Below, one piece after another: positions 1-9,214 of a stretch of DNA of 48,867 bases (the first letter of the stretch is position 1; every line of letters starts with the position of its first letter). This stretch comes from Candidatus Enterosoma sp. GTDB lineage: Bacteria; Bacillota_I; Bacilli_A; RFN20; CAG-288. The notes beneath the pieces were generated by a model. That model did not search any database and was not told the DNA's origin. It was given only the letters and a program-made list of their open reading frames with translations. Location of the stretch: assembly GCA_050874925.1 (NCBI GenBank), contig JBNMLQ010000002.1, forward strand, positions 1 through 48,867, written 5' to 3'. The position numbers were made by a program, and so were the translations under genes.

Positions 1-729
1 AAGATGAAATACCTTGAATATGGACAGGTCATCTATATGTATCAGGGAGAAATCAAACTCGGCGACAGCCTTCTCGAGAAGGATGGATATCACATTCCTC
101 TTGATCCGAAGAAGACGGCGCCGCAGAATGCCAACGCCTATTTCAAGAAATATCAGAAAGCAAAAAGTGCTCTTTCGATTTTAAAGGACCTCATCGAAAA
201 GACCAAGGATGAGATATCCTATTTGGAAAAGAAGAAGCTTGAGGCCGAAGACGGTACGCCAAGAGATGTCATGGAACTCAAGAGTGAACTCCTCGAAGAA
301 GGATACATCAAAGAAAAACAGGGCCGTAACACCGTTTACAAGGTTTCCAAAAAACATCATTACGATCCCCACTTCATCATCACAGAAAAAGGAAAAATCG
401 GTTTTGGCATGAACGGACTTCAGAACGAAGAACTCACCTTCCACCAGGCAAAGAAGGACGATCTCTTCTTCCATGTCAAGGATTATCCCGGAAGCCATGT
501 CATCCTCTTTGATACCAAAGACGAAGACATGCAGGTGCTCGCCTGTGAACTTGCTTTGTACATTTCCCATCTGGACAATGGAACAGTCATGATTGCCAAA
601 AAGAAGGATGTCAAAAAGAATGCCAACAAGATCGGACTTGTCAACATCCTGAAATATGAAACCAAGGTCATAAAGTTCATCCGCAAGGATTCGCTCGACC
701 TGTTCAAAAAGGCACTGAAGGCTGATTGA
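1..729 (+). CDS. rqcH: RqcH/FbpA-family ribosome quality control protein, C-terminal part (NFACT-R/DUF814 region); 5' end lies outside the window
   Basis: Frame is open to the window edge. Coiled-coil segment followed by an FFHVKDYPGSHVIL-type NFACT-R motif, typical of Firmicute FbpA/RqcH C-termini. Confidence 0.7.
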   Translation, partial: KMKYLEYGQVIYMYQGEIKLGDSLLEKDGYHIPLDPKKTAPQNANAYFKKYQKAKSALSILKDLIEKTKDEISYLEKKKLEAEDGTPRDVMELKSELLEEGYIKEKQGRNTVYKVSKKHHYDPHFIITEKGKIGFGMNGLQNEELTFHQAKKDDLFFHVKDYPGSHVILFDTKDEDMQVLACELALYISHLDNGTVMIAKKKDVKKNANKIGLVNILKYETKVIKFIRKDSLDLFKKALKAD

Positions 730-1301
730 CGTCTTGAAATTGTGTTCTATCCTATAATATAGCAATAGAATAAAGCACATAGATAATTGCAAGGGATAAG
801 ACAGCATCCGTTTTTCAATGATTTCAATAAGATTGATTCCTATGATCAAAGGAATGTCTTACACTTAGCGAACATATAGTATCACATCAGACACCGCTAA
901 CCAGTCTCAATAAAGATAAACAATATCCCTAATTATAATAAGGAAAAGAAGCTGTTCATAATCAGGGTGTCATCATGAAAACATCCGTAAATTATTTCTT
1001 TGACCGAACACTATCATGGAAAAGGCATATGAAGGAAGATTAGTGAAATAAAATAGTCCTAACCAGCAACACACATGTGTGCGGGTTAAGACTAAAAAGA
1101 AGCGCCTTCTAGCAGTTTCCAGTTTAGCCAAGATTTAAACTGGTGGGCAATGCCCTTACGTTGCTTCCGCTCTTAATCCTACTATTGAAAAGAAAAAAAG
1201 AAGAAGAATCTGAATAGGGACCTAACATATAATGTGATTATACCAATGAGGTAAGGGAGCCACTTTTGAGCAGCTCGGTCCCAAAAAATTCGTTCAAATT
1301 G

Positions 1302-1330
1302 TTGACATTAAGTCTTAGAGAAGGTATATT
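1302..1330 (+). promoter_or_regulatory. sigma-A type promoter upstream of tRNA-Thr
   Basis: TTGACA (1302-1307), 17-nt spacer, TATATT (1325-1330), about 20 nt upstream of the tRNA 5' end. Confidence 0.6.
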
Positions 1331-1349
1331 AATTCACGCGGTAATTTTT

Positions 1350-1423
1350 GCCCCCTTAGTTAAGTGGTATAACGGATCCTTGGTAAGGATCAATTGCTAG
1401 TTCGATTCTGGCTCGGGGCACCA
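1350..1423 (+). tRNA. tRNA-Thr (anticodon GGU), atypical
   Basis: Hand-folded cloverleaf. D stem GTTA/TAAC, anticodon stem GATCC/GGATC with loop TTGGTAA, T arm GCTAG-TTCGATT-CTGGC, encoded CCA. The two innermost acceptor pairs are mismatched (C6.C67, U7.U66). Confidence 0.6.
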
Positions 1424-1484
1424 CTCGTAAAAAATAGTCGTATGAATATGCCGGTCTGTGTGCATCAATGAAGGAGGAAACCCA

Positions 1485-2303
1485 ATGAGTTCTTCTGAAG
1501 AAAAGAAATCAAACAAAGGCAGAGCCCATGCTTTAGCTGCTTGGGAATGGTTTAAAGAGGCTGCTTGGTTACAGGTTTTACTCATTGTTGCAGTCGTCGT
1601 CGGATTGGTTATCGCAATTCCGTTCGTCGTACAGGCCATCGTCAATGCTGTCAATGCCAACAATTCCAACTTCTATGAAGAGCATAGAATCAAATACGCT
1701 GATGCTCAAAAGTATGTTGAGGGCAAGGATTCCAAGGCTGCTGGTTGGATCGGTGATGGAAAGACCGAATACAAAACCAGTGATGACAAGGAAGGATTCG
1801 TCGTTCTTTATTACAAACAGAACGATACGGATTGCACCAACCTTCAGAGCAGGATTGAAACCTGGTACAACAACTTCAACAAGAACTATGGTGAAGGAAA
1901 TTTGAAGTTCTATTCCATCGATGTCAGCTGGTGCCCGAATGACAGCGATAATATCGCTGATTATGAAGGAAACAGAAGCAAATACGATAATCCTTATATC
2001 AGTCTCGAAGAACAGCAGGAAGTGATGGATTCCGTCAAGGAAGTCTATCTCAAGCAGGATGATACGCATCAGTCTTCTTCCGTTACCGAAGAAACTCTTG
2101 AAAAGAGATTAGATACCGGTGCAAATGTCTCTACCATGGAAACTCCCCTCTTCATCACCTATAGCAGAAAGAAGGGTTCCAATACCAAATTCGATATGAC
2201 AAAGGTCATCTTCGATACCGTTGGGAGCTTATCCAACAGCTCTGAGACCGATGTTGCCAAGCTCATGCTTGACATCTACAACTTCCAGGTCGTCACAAAG
2301 TAA
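1485..2303 (+). CDS. hypothetical membrane-anchored protein (single N-terminal TM, extracytoplasmic domain)
   Basis: AAGGAGG (1471-1477) 7 nt before the ATG. Hydrophobic segment LQVLLIVAVVVGLVIAIPFVV. No motif I can name. Confidence 0.65.
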   Translation: MSSSEEKKSNKGRAHALAAWEWFKEAAWLQVLLIVAVVVGLVIAIPFVVQAIVNAVNANNSNFYEEHRIKYADAQKYVEGKDSKAAGWIGDGKTEYKTSDDKEGFVVLYYKQNDTDCTNLQSRIETWYNNFNKNYGEGNLKFYSIDVSWCPNDSDNIADYEGNRSKYDNPYISLEEQQEVMDSVKEVYLKQDDTHQSSSVTEETLEKRLDTGANVSTMETPLFITYSRKKGSNTKFDMTKVIFDTVGSLSNSSETDVAKLMLDIYNFQVVTK

Positions 2304-2307
2304 AATC

Positions 2308-2334
2308 AGCAGCTCGCAAGAGCTGCTTTTTTTG
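2308..2334 (+). terminator. rho-independent terminator
   Basis: AGCAGCTC-GCAA-GAGCTGCT hairpin followed by a T7 run. Confidence 0.8.
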
Positions 2335-2349
2335 TGCTATACTTCTCTT

Positions 2350-2901
2350 ATGAATGAACAAGGATACTTGGAGACCAAAGACGTCTATCTTCGTCATTTC
2401 AAGGAAAAAGACCTTGATGACATTTTTGCATACTCCTCCATTCCGGGAGTCGGAGAGAATGCTGGTTGGAAACATCACATCTCAAAAGATGTCACCAAAG
2501 CCGTATTATACAATTATTTCCTTATCCATGATGGCTGCATTGCCATCGTAAGCAAGAAGAACAAACATGTCATAGGTTCCATATCCATGACAAAAGACAG
2601 TTCCCTATGCCAGGATTTCAAGGGGATGAAATGCTTTGAACTAGGATATGTCCTGCATCCAAGATATCAGAACAAGGGTATCGTCAGCGATGTCGTAAAG
2701 ACACTTACGGAATACGTGTTTTCCCATAGGAAGGCCGATGTCCTTCTCATCTCCTGTCACAAGGACAACATCGCATCCAGGAAAGTCGCCATCAAAAACG
2801 GTTTTGTCAGGTACAAAATCCTGGAAGACATCTATTTTCCTGCCATCGATGAGTTCCGCACGCAATACTGCTATTTTCTCGAGAACAATCAAAAAAGATG
2901 A
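2350..2901 (+). CDS. GNAT family N-acetyltransferase (RimJ/RimL-like)
   Basis: Q-N-K-G-I acetyl-CoA loop (RYQNKGIVSDV) and overall GNAT pattern. Start moved to the first ATG after the upstream terminator; no clear SD. Confidence 0.7.
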   Translation: MNEQGYLETKDVYLRHFKEKDLDDIFAYSSIPGVGENAGWKHHISKDVTKAVLYNYFLIHDGCIAIVSKKNKHVIGSISMTKDSSLCQDFKGMKCFELGYVLHPRYQNKGIVSDVVKTLTEYVFSHRKADVLLISCHKDNIASRKVAIKNGFVRYKILEDIYFPAIDEFRTQYCYFLENNQKR

Positions 2902-2913
2902 CCCGTCTTTAGA

Positions 2914-3408
2914 TCATCTTTCGTTTTTATGGAACTTTTCGTTCATCTTCCTTACAACTTGAAGGGGAACAAGGCTGCTGATATCCTGGTTTTGGAAGAA
3001 GAGTTCCTTGATAGCAGAAGAAGAGATGAAGGCCTGATTCTTCTTAGCCATGAGATAGACCATATCAATATCAGGCTCCAGATATTCGTTGACCTCATGG
3101 AGCTGATATTCTGCCTCATAATCCGTCACGGCTCTCAAGCCACGGATAAGTGCCTGGGCATGAAGCTTCTTGGCTTCCTTGACGACCAGATGCTGGGTGG
3201 ATACGATTTCAAATCCTTCATATCCCTGAAAGACTTCCTTGGCCATATCCACACGCTCTTCGCATGTGAACATATAATGTCCGGCCTTCATCGGGTTATC
3301 AGCGATCATGATATAGACTTTATCAAAGAAATTCTTTGCCCTCAACGCAACATCGACATGTCCGTTGGTGAGAGGATCAAACGATCCAGGATATACTGCA
3401 ATCTTCAT
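2914..3408 (-). CDS. coaD: phosphopantetheine adenylyltransferase
   Basis: MKIAVYPGSFDPLTNGHVDV N-terminus (nucleotidyltransferase H-x-G-H motif); about 160 aa. Confidence 0.93.
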   Translation of the reverse strand: MKIAVYPGSFDPLTNGHVDVALRAKNFFDKVYIMIADNPMKAGHYMFTCEERVDMAKEVFQGYEGFEIVSTQHLVVKEAKKLHAQALIRGLRAVTDYEAEYQLHEVNEYLEPDIDMVYLMAKKNQAFISSSAIKELFFQNQDISSLVPLQVVRKMNEKFHKNER

Positions 3409-3409
3409 A

Positions 3410-3952
3410 TCAATCCTCCTTGGTATATACGGCTACGTGCTTTGCACCATATCGATACTCCTTCATGGAATATCCTTCAATTTCTTCATTGATCGGTTCC
3501 TGTTCGGAAACGATGACGGCATTCTTTGCAAACATGTCCCTCTGGCTCATATCCCTGATGATATTGGCATTGATATTCATCCTATACGGTGGATCTAGAA
3601 ACAGGATATCCAGCTTCAATTCCGGATTTCTTTTGATAAATACACGATAATCACCCAAAAACAATTCATGATTCTCTGGCTGAATACCTAAGGCCTTGAT
3701 ATTATTCTTCAAGACGAGAAAGGTGCCTCTGTCCTTATCGATGAAGTAGCATTTCCTGGCGCCTCGGGAGAGAGCTTCCAGACCCATGGCTCCAGATCCG
3801 GCAAACAAGTCGCAGCATATGGCATTCTCCGGCTTCTTCTGAAGCACATTGAAAATAGCCTGACGGACTTTGTCCATGGTCGGGCGTGTGACTTTGCTGT
3901 TTGGTATCTCCAGATACCTTCCTTTATAGATGCCACCGATGATTCTAATCAT
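3410..3952 (-). CDS. rsmD: 16S rRNA (guanine966-N2)-methyltransferase
   Basis: DLFAGSGAMGLEALSRGA SAM motif and the LDPPY motif. Adjacent to coaD as in B. subtilis ylbH-coaD. Confidence 0.9.
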   Translation of the reverse strand: MIRIIGGIYKGRYLEIPNSKVTRPTMDKVRQAIFNVLQKKPENAICCDLFAGSGAMGLEALSRGARKCYFIDKDRGTFLVLKNNIKALGIQPENHELFLGDYRVFIKRNPELKLDILFLDPPYRMNINANIIRDMSQRDMFAKNAVIVSEQEPINEEIEGYSMKEYRYGAKHVAVYTKED

Positions 3953-4307
3953 ACTTTTTGATTTCCTTTGTCAACCTGTCCGAAATCATGACAAGGATAT
4001 GTCTCAGCTTCTGATACCTATCAAGATATTCTGCCATGAGAGGATTCCTTCTTAGTTCCTCATCCTTTTGATTCGATAGGACAAGATAATCATGTTTCTT
4101 CTTCTCGTCTGTTTCCTTTTCGGCCATGGCAATATAAGAGTCCCGTTCTTCCGAAAGGGAGACAAGCCTGTCATCCTGATAGATTTTCTCTGACAGCTTC
4201 TTCATCTCCTGATAAATTCTGGAGTTTTTGAAGGATTCCAGGAACTGGAATTCCTCATTCATGAATTCGATTTCTTCCATAGCAAAATAATTATACGGAT
4301 ATTGCAT
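3945..4307 (-). CDS. YlbF/YmcA-like helical protein
   Basis: Small helical, charged protein directly upstream of rsmD-coaD (B. subtilis ylbF position). The internal ATG at 4280 is an alternative start. Confidence 0.6.
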   Translation of the reverse strand: MQYPYNYFAMEEIEFMNEEFQFLESFKNSRIYQEMKKLSEKIYQDDRLVSLSEERDSYIAMAEKETDEKKKHDYLVLSNQKDEELRRNPLMAEYLDRYQKLRHILVMISDRLTKEIKKYD

Positions 4308-4343
4308 ATCAAATTCAAAAATTTTGCTATAATTATTTCCAGT

Positions 4344-4892
4344 ATGAAATTATTTAAAATCTATACCGTCGATGACCCAGTGGTTCATCAGAAAGCCAAA
4401 GAAGTATCTTTCCCGATTTCAGATGAAATCAGGCAGACCATCCTGGATATGGTCGAATATCTGAAACTATCCCAGGACGACAAATTCGCCAAGGAACACC
4501 ACATCCGTGCCGGTATCGGCATCGCTGCTCCCCAGATTGGCATATCCAAGCGTTTCTTTGCCATCTGCATGGATGACAATGACAAGCACTATGAATACGG
4601 GCTTGTCAATCCAAAGATTGTCTCCTCTTCCGTAAAGAAGGCTGCCCTTGCCAATGGCGAAGGCTGTCTTAGCGTTCCCAAGGATGTACCTGGGCTTGTC
4701 TATCGCTATTTCAAAGTCACCATCGAAGCCTATGATGTCTTATCCGACAAGAATGTACGACTTCGCCTGTCCGGATATCCTGCCATCTGTTTCCAACATG
4801 AATACGACCATCTGGACGGGGTCCTCTACATCGATAAAATCGACAAGAAGGATCCGTTCCACGTCGATCCGGATGCTGTCATGATTGAATAA
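4344..4892 (+). CDS. def: peptide deformylase
   Basis: GIGIAAPQIG, EGCLS and HEYDHLDG metal-binding motifs. Start trimmed to MKLFKIY. Confidence 0.93.
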   Translation: MKLFKIYTVDDPVVHQKAKEVSFPISDEIRQTILDMVEYLKLSQDDKFAKEHHIRAGIGIAAPQIGISKRFFAICMDDNDKHYEYGLVNPKIVSSSVKKAALANGEGCLSVPKDVPGLVYRYFKVTIEAYDVLSDKNVRLRLSGYPAICFQHEYDHLDGVLYIDKIDKKDPFHVDPDAVMIE

Positions 4893-5006
4893 AGCGTTTT
4901 CGATGAACAAAGGTTTACATGTTGCTCTGTTTTTTATAAAATAAAACCAATAATACTTTTTTTGATTGGAATTTTATCATTTCACATTTTTATTTGAGGT
5001 ACTACT

Positions 5007-6707
5007 ATGTCTGAAAACAAAAAAATCACATCTCCTGTACAAATCTATGCCTTAGGCGGTCTCGGCGAGGTCGGCAAGAACATCTACTGCATCGAGAATG
5101 ACAACAGCATTCTCATCATTGACTGCGGTGTCATGTTCCCGGATGATTCCATGCCAGGAATCGACTATGTCATCCCTGATTTCACCCATCTGGTCGAAAA
5201 CCAGAACAAAATCAAAGGTCTTGTCATCACCCATGGACACGAAGACCATATCGGTGGCATTCCTTTTATTCTCAAGCAGATCAACATTCCTGTCATCTAT
5301 GCTCCTAAGATTGCCTGTGCCTTGATTCGCCACAAGCTGGAAGATGCAAGGATTCCCACCAAGACGCCCATCAAGGAATACGATGAGGATGATGTCATCA
5401 AATTCGGTGACTTCACCGTCGAATTCTATCACGTCACACATTCCATTCCTGATTCCTTCGGTCTCTGCATCACCACTCCGCAGGGAACCATCGTCGAATC
5501 CGGTGACTTCAAGATCGACCTCACTCCTGTCGACCATGACTTCGACATATCCAAGCTTGTCCATTTCGGTGACAGGGGAATCGACTTGCTGATGGCCGAT
5601 TCGACCAATGCCGAAAAGGAAGGCTACACCAACTCCGAACATACCGTCTTGCGCGGAATCGTCGATGTGTTCAACGAAGCCAATGGACGTCTCATCATCT
5701 CCACCTTCGCCTCCAACATCTCCCGTATCGAGCAGATCATCGAAACCTCCATCCGTTTCAAGAGAAAAATCTTCATCTTCGGCCGCTCCATGGAATCCAA
5801 CATCGATGCAGCCAGGGAATTCGGATATATCCATTGTCCGGACGAATATCTTGCCAGACCGGAAGAACTCAAAACCACTCCGCCTGACAAGATCACCATC
5901 CTTTGCACTGGTACCCAGGGTGAACCGATGGCCGTCTTATCCCGTATCGCCAGAGGCGATCACCGCTTCATCCACATCATTCCCGGAGATACGGTCGTCT
6001 TCTCTTCCAGTGCCATTCCAGGCAATACTGGAAGCATCAATGCCCTCGTCAACCAGCTGACAAGGCTCGGTGCCGAAGTCATCACCAATTCAGCCTTCAC
6101 CAATCTGCACGCTTCCGGACATGCCTCCAGACAGGAGATGAGACTCCTCCAAAAGCTTGCCAGGCCGAAATATTTCATGCCTGTCCATGGCGAATACAGA
6201 ATGCTCAAGCTCCATGCCAGAATCGGTGTGGAATGTGGACTTCCTCAGGATCATACCTTCGTTTGTGAAAACGGAGACGTCCTCAACCTCATCAACCACA
6301 AGGTGACCAGGGGCGGAAGCGTCCATGCAGACAGCATCTACATCGACGGAAAATCCCCTGTCGGCATCTCTACCAGCGTCATCAAGGATCGTTCGACTTT
6401 GATCAACGAAGGCATGGTTTCCGTCTTCGTCGTCATCGATCCGAAGAAGAATGCACTGATTGCGACTCCGGTGGTCGAATCAAAAGGATTCATCTCTTCC
6501 AACAAGAAGGGGCTCCAGAAGAAGGCCGGTGAGCTCATTGCCATCGACATCACCAAGCTCCTCACCTCCGACAGAAAGGTCACATACATGGATATCAAGA
6601 ACACCATCAAGGCTACCACAAGCCACTTCCTTTACAGGGAGTCCCATCGCAATCCGATGGTCATTCCTGTCATCCTGACCTATGACAAGGAGGCAGCCAT
6701 CCAATGA
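5007..6707 (+). CDS. rnj: ribonuclease J
   Basis: Metallo-beta-lactamase HGHEDHIGG motif, beta-CASP region, about 565 aa, N-terminus typical of RNase J. Confidence 0.93.
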   Translation: MSENKKITSPVQIYALGGLGEVGKNIYCIENDNSILIIDCGVMFPDDSMPGIDYVIPDFTHLVENQNKIKGLVITHGHEDHIGGIPFILKQINIPVIYAPKIACALIRHKLEDARIPTKTPIKEYDEDDVIKFGDFTVEFYHVTHSIPDSFGLCITTPQGTIVESGDFKIDLTPVDHDFDISKLVHFGDRGIDLLMADSTNAEKEGYTNSEHTVLRGIVDVFNEANGRLIISTFASNISRIEQIIETSIRFKRKIFIFGRSMESNIDAAREFGYIHCPDEYLARPEELKTTPPDKITILCTGTQGEPMAVLSRIARGDHRFIHIIPGDTVVFSSSAIPGNTGSINALVNQLTRLGAEVITNSAFTNLHASGHASRQEMRLLQKLARPKYFMPVHGEYRMLKLHARIGVECGLPQDHTFVCENGDVLNLINHKVTRGGSVHADSIYIDGKSPVGISTSVIKDRSTLINEGMVSVFVVIDPKKNALIATPVVESKGFISSNKKGLQKKAGELIAIDITKLLTSDRKVTYMDIKNTIKATTSHFLYRESHRNPMVIPVILTYDKEAAIQ

Positions 6708-7276
6708 TCATCCTTGCCAGCCAGTCACCAAGAAGGAAGGAAATCCTCAAAGAGATTCTGGGAGACACTCCCTTCGTCTGCATTCCCTCCAGCTTTGACG
6801 AAAGAAAAATCCATGAAGATGATTTGAAAGCTCTCTGCCTTGAAGAAGCCAGAGGCAAGGGTCTTACCGTAGCAAAGGATCACCCTTCAGACATCATCAT
6901 CTCTTCCGATACCATGGTCTCCTACAAGGGAGAGCAGCTCGGCAAACCAAAAGACCACGACGATGCCATGAGGATGCTTCGTGAGCTTTCCGGAAACACC
7001 CACGAAATCGTCACTGCCTATTCCATCTTCAAAGGTAAAACCGAATTGCGCCATCGTGTCGTCGTTGCCAGGCTCTTCATCGAGAAGATGGCCGATGCCG
7101 AAATCGAGATGTATCTCGATACCGGTTCCCCTTATGACAAGGCCGGCGGATATGGCGTCCAGGATACCGACTTCATCAACTCGAAGATACTCCAAGGTGA
7201 TATGTATACCATCATGGGGCTTCCAAAGCAGGAACTTGAAGACGACCTTTACGACTTAGATATTCTCAAAGACTGA
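6704..7276 (+). CDS. maf: Maf-like nucleoside triphosphate pyrophosphatase
   Basis: LASQSPRRKEIL N-terminus and GAYGIQ-like GGYGVQD motif. 4-nt overlap with rnj. Confidence 0.9.
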   Translation: MIILASQSPRRKEILKEILGDTPFVCIPSSFDERKIHEDDLKALCLEEARGKGLTVAKDHPSDIIISSDTMVSYKGEQLGKPKDHDDAMRMLRELSGNTHEIVTAYSIFKGKTELRHRVVVARLFIEKMADAEIEMYLDTGSPYDKAGGYGVQDTDFINSKILQGDMYTIMGLPKQELEDDLYDLDILKD

Positions 7277-7280
7277 AATA

Positions 7281-7318
7281 AGCCATCTTCCCAAATTCAA
7301 TGGGAGGATGGCTTTTTA
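7281..7318 (+). terminator. rho-independent terminator after maf
   Basis: 13-bp stem AGCCATCTTCCCA / TGGGAGGATGGCT (one wobble) followed by TTTTT. Confidence 0.8.
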
Positions 7319-7344
7319 TGTATATGAAATATCCAAAGCGTTTT

Positions 7345-7719
7345 TTATTTCTGCTTATCGATGTTTTCTTTCAGAAGCCTGGAGAACTCTTCACTCTTGG
7401 AGCCGATGACAAAGACGATCTTGCTTCCCATATACATGACAGAAGAAAGCTCCTTGTTGATGGCCTCCTTGTCGATGAGTTCGGGATTTTTAAGAAGGAC
7501 GGTGACTCTGCTTCCCTGTTGGGAGATTGAGACGATGTTGTCGTTTCCACCGAAGCAGGTGGACAGATTCCCTGCGCTCTGTTCGACTCTCTCATTGGCC
7601 TCCTCATCCGATTTGCGGATTTTGGAAAGACGGACTGCTCTGACGACAAGAAAGACGATCAAAGCGACAACCAATATACCGACGACCACGGAAACGGAAA
7701 TGATGACAGCCTTATTCAT
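7345..7719 (-). CDS. membrane-anchored PTS EIIB(Glc)-like domain protein lacking the phospho-cysteine
   Basis: N-terminal TM. The rest aligns by eye to PtsG EIIB (FGGNDNIVSI..SRVTVLL..GSKIVFVIGSKSEEF vs FGGKENITNLDACITRLRV..GVQAIFGTKSDNL), with Gln in place of the active Cys. Confidence 0.6.
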   Translation of the reverse strand: MNKAVIISVSVVVGILVVALIVFLVVRAVRLSKIRKSDEEANERVEQSAGNLSTCFGGNDNIVSISQQGSRVTVLLKNPELIDKEAINKELSSVMYMGSKIVFVIGSKSEEFSRLLKENIDKQK

Positions 7720-7722
7720 GAT

Positions 7723-8517
7723 TTATGATTCCTTTCCAGAAAGATTCTTTCTGAGCCTTACGATCTGAGACGACTTCCGAAGATGAAGAAGAGAGACGGA
7801 TTCATTTCCCTGATGGGTGAAAGTGAAATTCTGTCCGATGAATTCCGGCTTATGTTCACCATCGATATAGACCATGGTTTTCTCTACATCACGGACATGG
7901 ATCTGAAGCTTTTGCCTTCCTGAGAGGATGGCCTTGGCAATCGGATTCACATAGAGCCTGTTCCTGCAGGGAGCCAGGATGCTGAACTGATAGATGTCTG
8001 AGGTGTTATCAAGGACAAGCGGAGATCCAAGGCTTGAAAGAAAGCCTGAAGAACCACATGGTGTCGAGACGACAATGCCGTTGCACCGGTTGTCCGTCAG
8101 AAGTTCTCCGTCGACATAGACATCCATGAAGACGGTCTCCCCGGATTGGATGGCAAGATCGTTGATACAACGGAATTCCTTCCCATCGATGTTGATTTCA
8201 TATAGAGGAAGCAAGTCAGGAACACCTTCCTCATTCAGGATATCCCGGATGAAGGCTTCTTCCTCTCCGATGGAATAATCGGAATAGAAGCCAAGGTGTC
8301 CGGTGTTGAAAAGAAGATAGCGGACATCATCCAAGGATGCCATCCTATCATGGACCGCTCTCAGAAAAGAGCCGTCACCGCCTAGGATGATGACAAGTCT
8401 AGGGTTTGCTTCATCTTGGACAAAGCCGTTTTTTTCAAGGGCGGTAACAATTTTCTCTGACAAGGCAGCATTGTTCTCCATCCACTTGGAATATATCATG
8501 AAATGGGTTGGTTTCAT
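7723..8517 (-). CDS. nadK: NAD kinase
   Basis: ILGGDGSFLRA and NGIVVSTPCGSSGF motifs. Confidence 0.92.
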   Translation of the reverse strand: MKPTHFMIYSKWMENNAALSEKIVTALEKNGFVQDEANPRLVIILGGDGSFLRAVHDRMASLDDVRYLLFNTGHLGFYSDYSIGEEEAFIRDILNEEGVPDLLPLYEINIDGKEFRCINDLAIQSGETVFMDVYVDGELLTDNRCNGIVVSTPCGSSGFLSSLGSPLVLDNTSDIYQFSILAPCRNRLYVNPIAKAILSGRQKLQIHVRDVEKTMVYIDGEHKPEFIGQNFTFTHQGNESVSLLHLRKSSQIVRLRKNLSGKES

Positions 8518-8586
8518 CGAGTGCTATCTCTTTTTATTTTCCTCGCTTTATTGTATCATATTAGCGTTAAAAAAGAGGTTTCAAAT

Positions 8587-9168
8587 ATGTCAAGCACAAA
8601 CATTGAAATTGAAGCAAAGGTCCTTCTCTCCAAGGAAAACTATGACAAGCTCGTCAAGGGCCTGAAGTTCCCTGAAGAACGTACCAAGCAGACCAACTAT
8701 TATTTCGACAGCAACGATCAGATTCTGAAGAAATACGGAATGATCCTTCGTATCCGTGAAACCGATAAGAAGTTCGTCTTCACCATGAAGGCTCCGTTAA
8801 GCGAAGGCCTTCTTGAAAAGAACCAGAACCTCAGCGACAGACAGGCTGAAGATCTGATCGACCACAACATCTTCCCGGAAGGTGACATCAAGAACTTCCT
8901 GGATATTCTCCAGATCGATTCCGGAAAGCTTCATGTCCTTGCCACCCTGACCACTGCCAGAAGACACATCGAATATAAGAACACCAAGGTCGATATCTCC
9001 CAGAACACCTATGGAAACCACGTCGACTATGAGCTTGAATGCGATTCGGATTCTTCCTTCCGCTCCAAGGATACCATCAAGGAAATCTGTGGAAAATATG
9101 GCATCCGCTATTCCTTGAACAAGGTTTCCAAGGAAGAAAGAGCCATCACTGCAGCTTTAAACAAATGA
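8587..9168 (+). CDS. CYTH domain protein (triphosphatase / class IV cyclase fold)
   Basis: IEIEAKVLL (ExExK) N-terminal motif. Start trimmed to MSSTNIEIEAK. Sits beside nadK as yjbK does in B. subtilis. Confidence 0.85.
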   Translation: MSSTNIEIEAKVLLSKENYDKLVKGLKFPEERTKQTNYYFDSNDQILKKYGMILRIRETDKKFVFTMKAPLSEGLLEKNQNLSDRQAEDLIDHNIFPEGDIKNFLDILQIDSGKLHVLATLTTARRHIEYKNTKVDISQNTYGNHVDYELECDSDSSFRSKDTIKEICGKYGIRYSLNKVSKEERAITAALNK

Positions 9169-9173
9169 TATGT

Positions 9174-9198
9174 GTCCATCCTCTGGATGGACTTTTTT
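9174..9198 (+). terminator. rho-independent terminator
   Basis: GTCCATCC-TCT-GGATGGAC hairpin followed by T6. Confidence 0.8.
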
Positions 9199-9214
9199 GA
9201 AAGGAAAGAAAAAA

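Noticed and set aside
1040-1175. Possible SRP RNA, because the minus strand contains CGGAAGCAACGTAAGG resembling the helix-8 3' strand GGAAGCAGCCAAGG
   Set aside because: No GNAR tetraloop with a proper closing stem is present, and no matching 5' strand (AGGUCAGG) lies at the right distance. I also found no RNase P (GAGGAAAGTCC) or tmRNA signatures. The region is left as unassigned structured DNA.
1397-1669. A 90-aa minus-strand ORF
   Set aside because: It overlaps the tRNA-Thr 3' end and is antisense to the well-supported CDS at 1485-2303.
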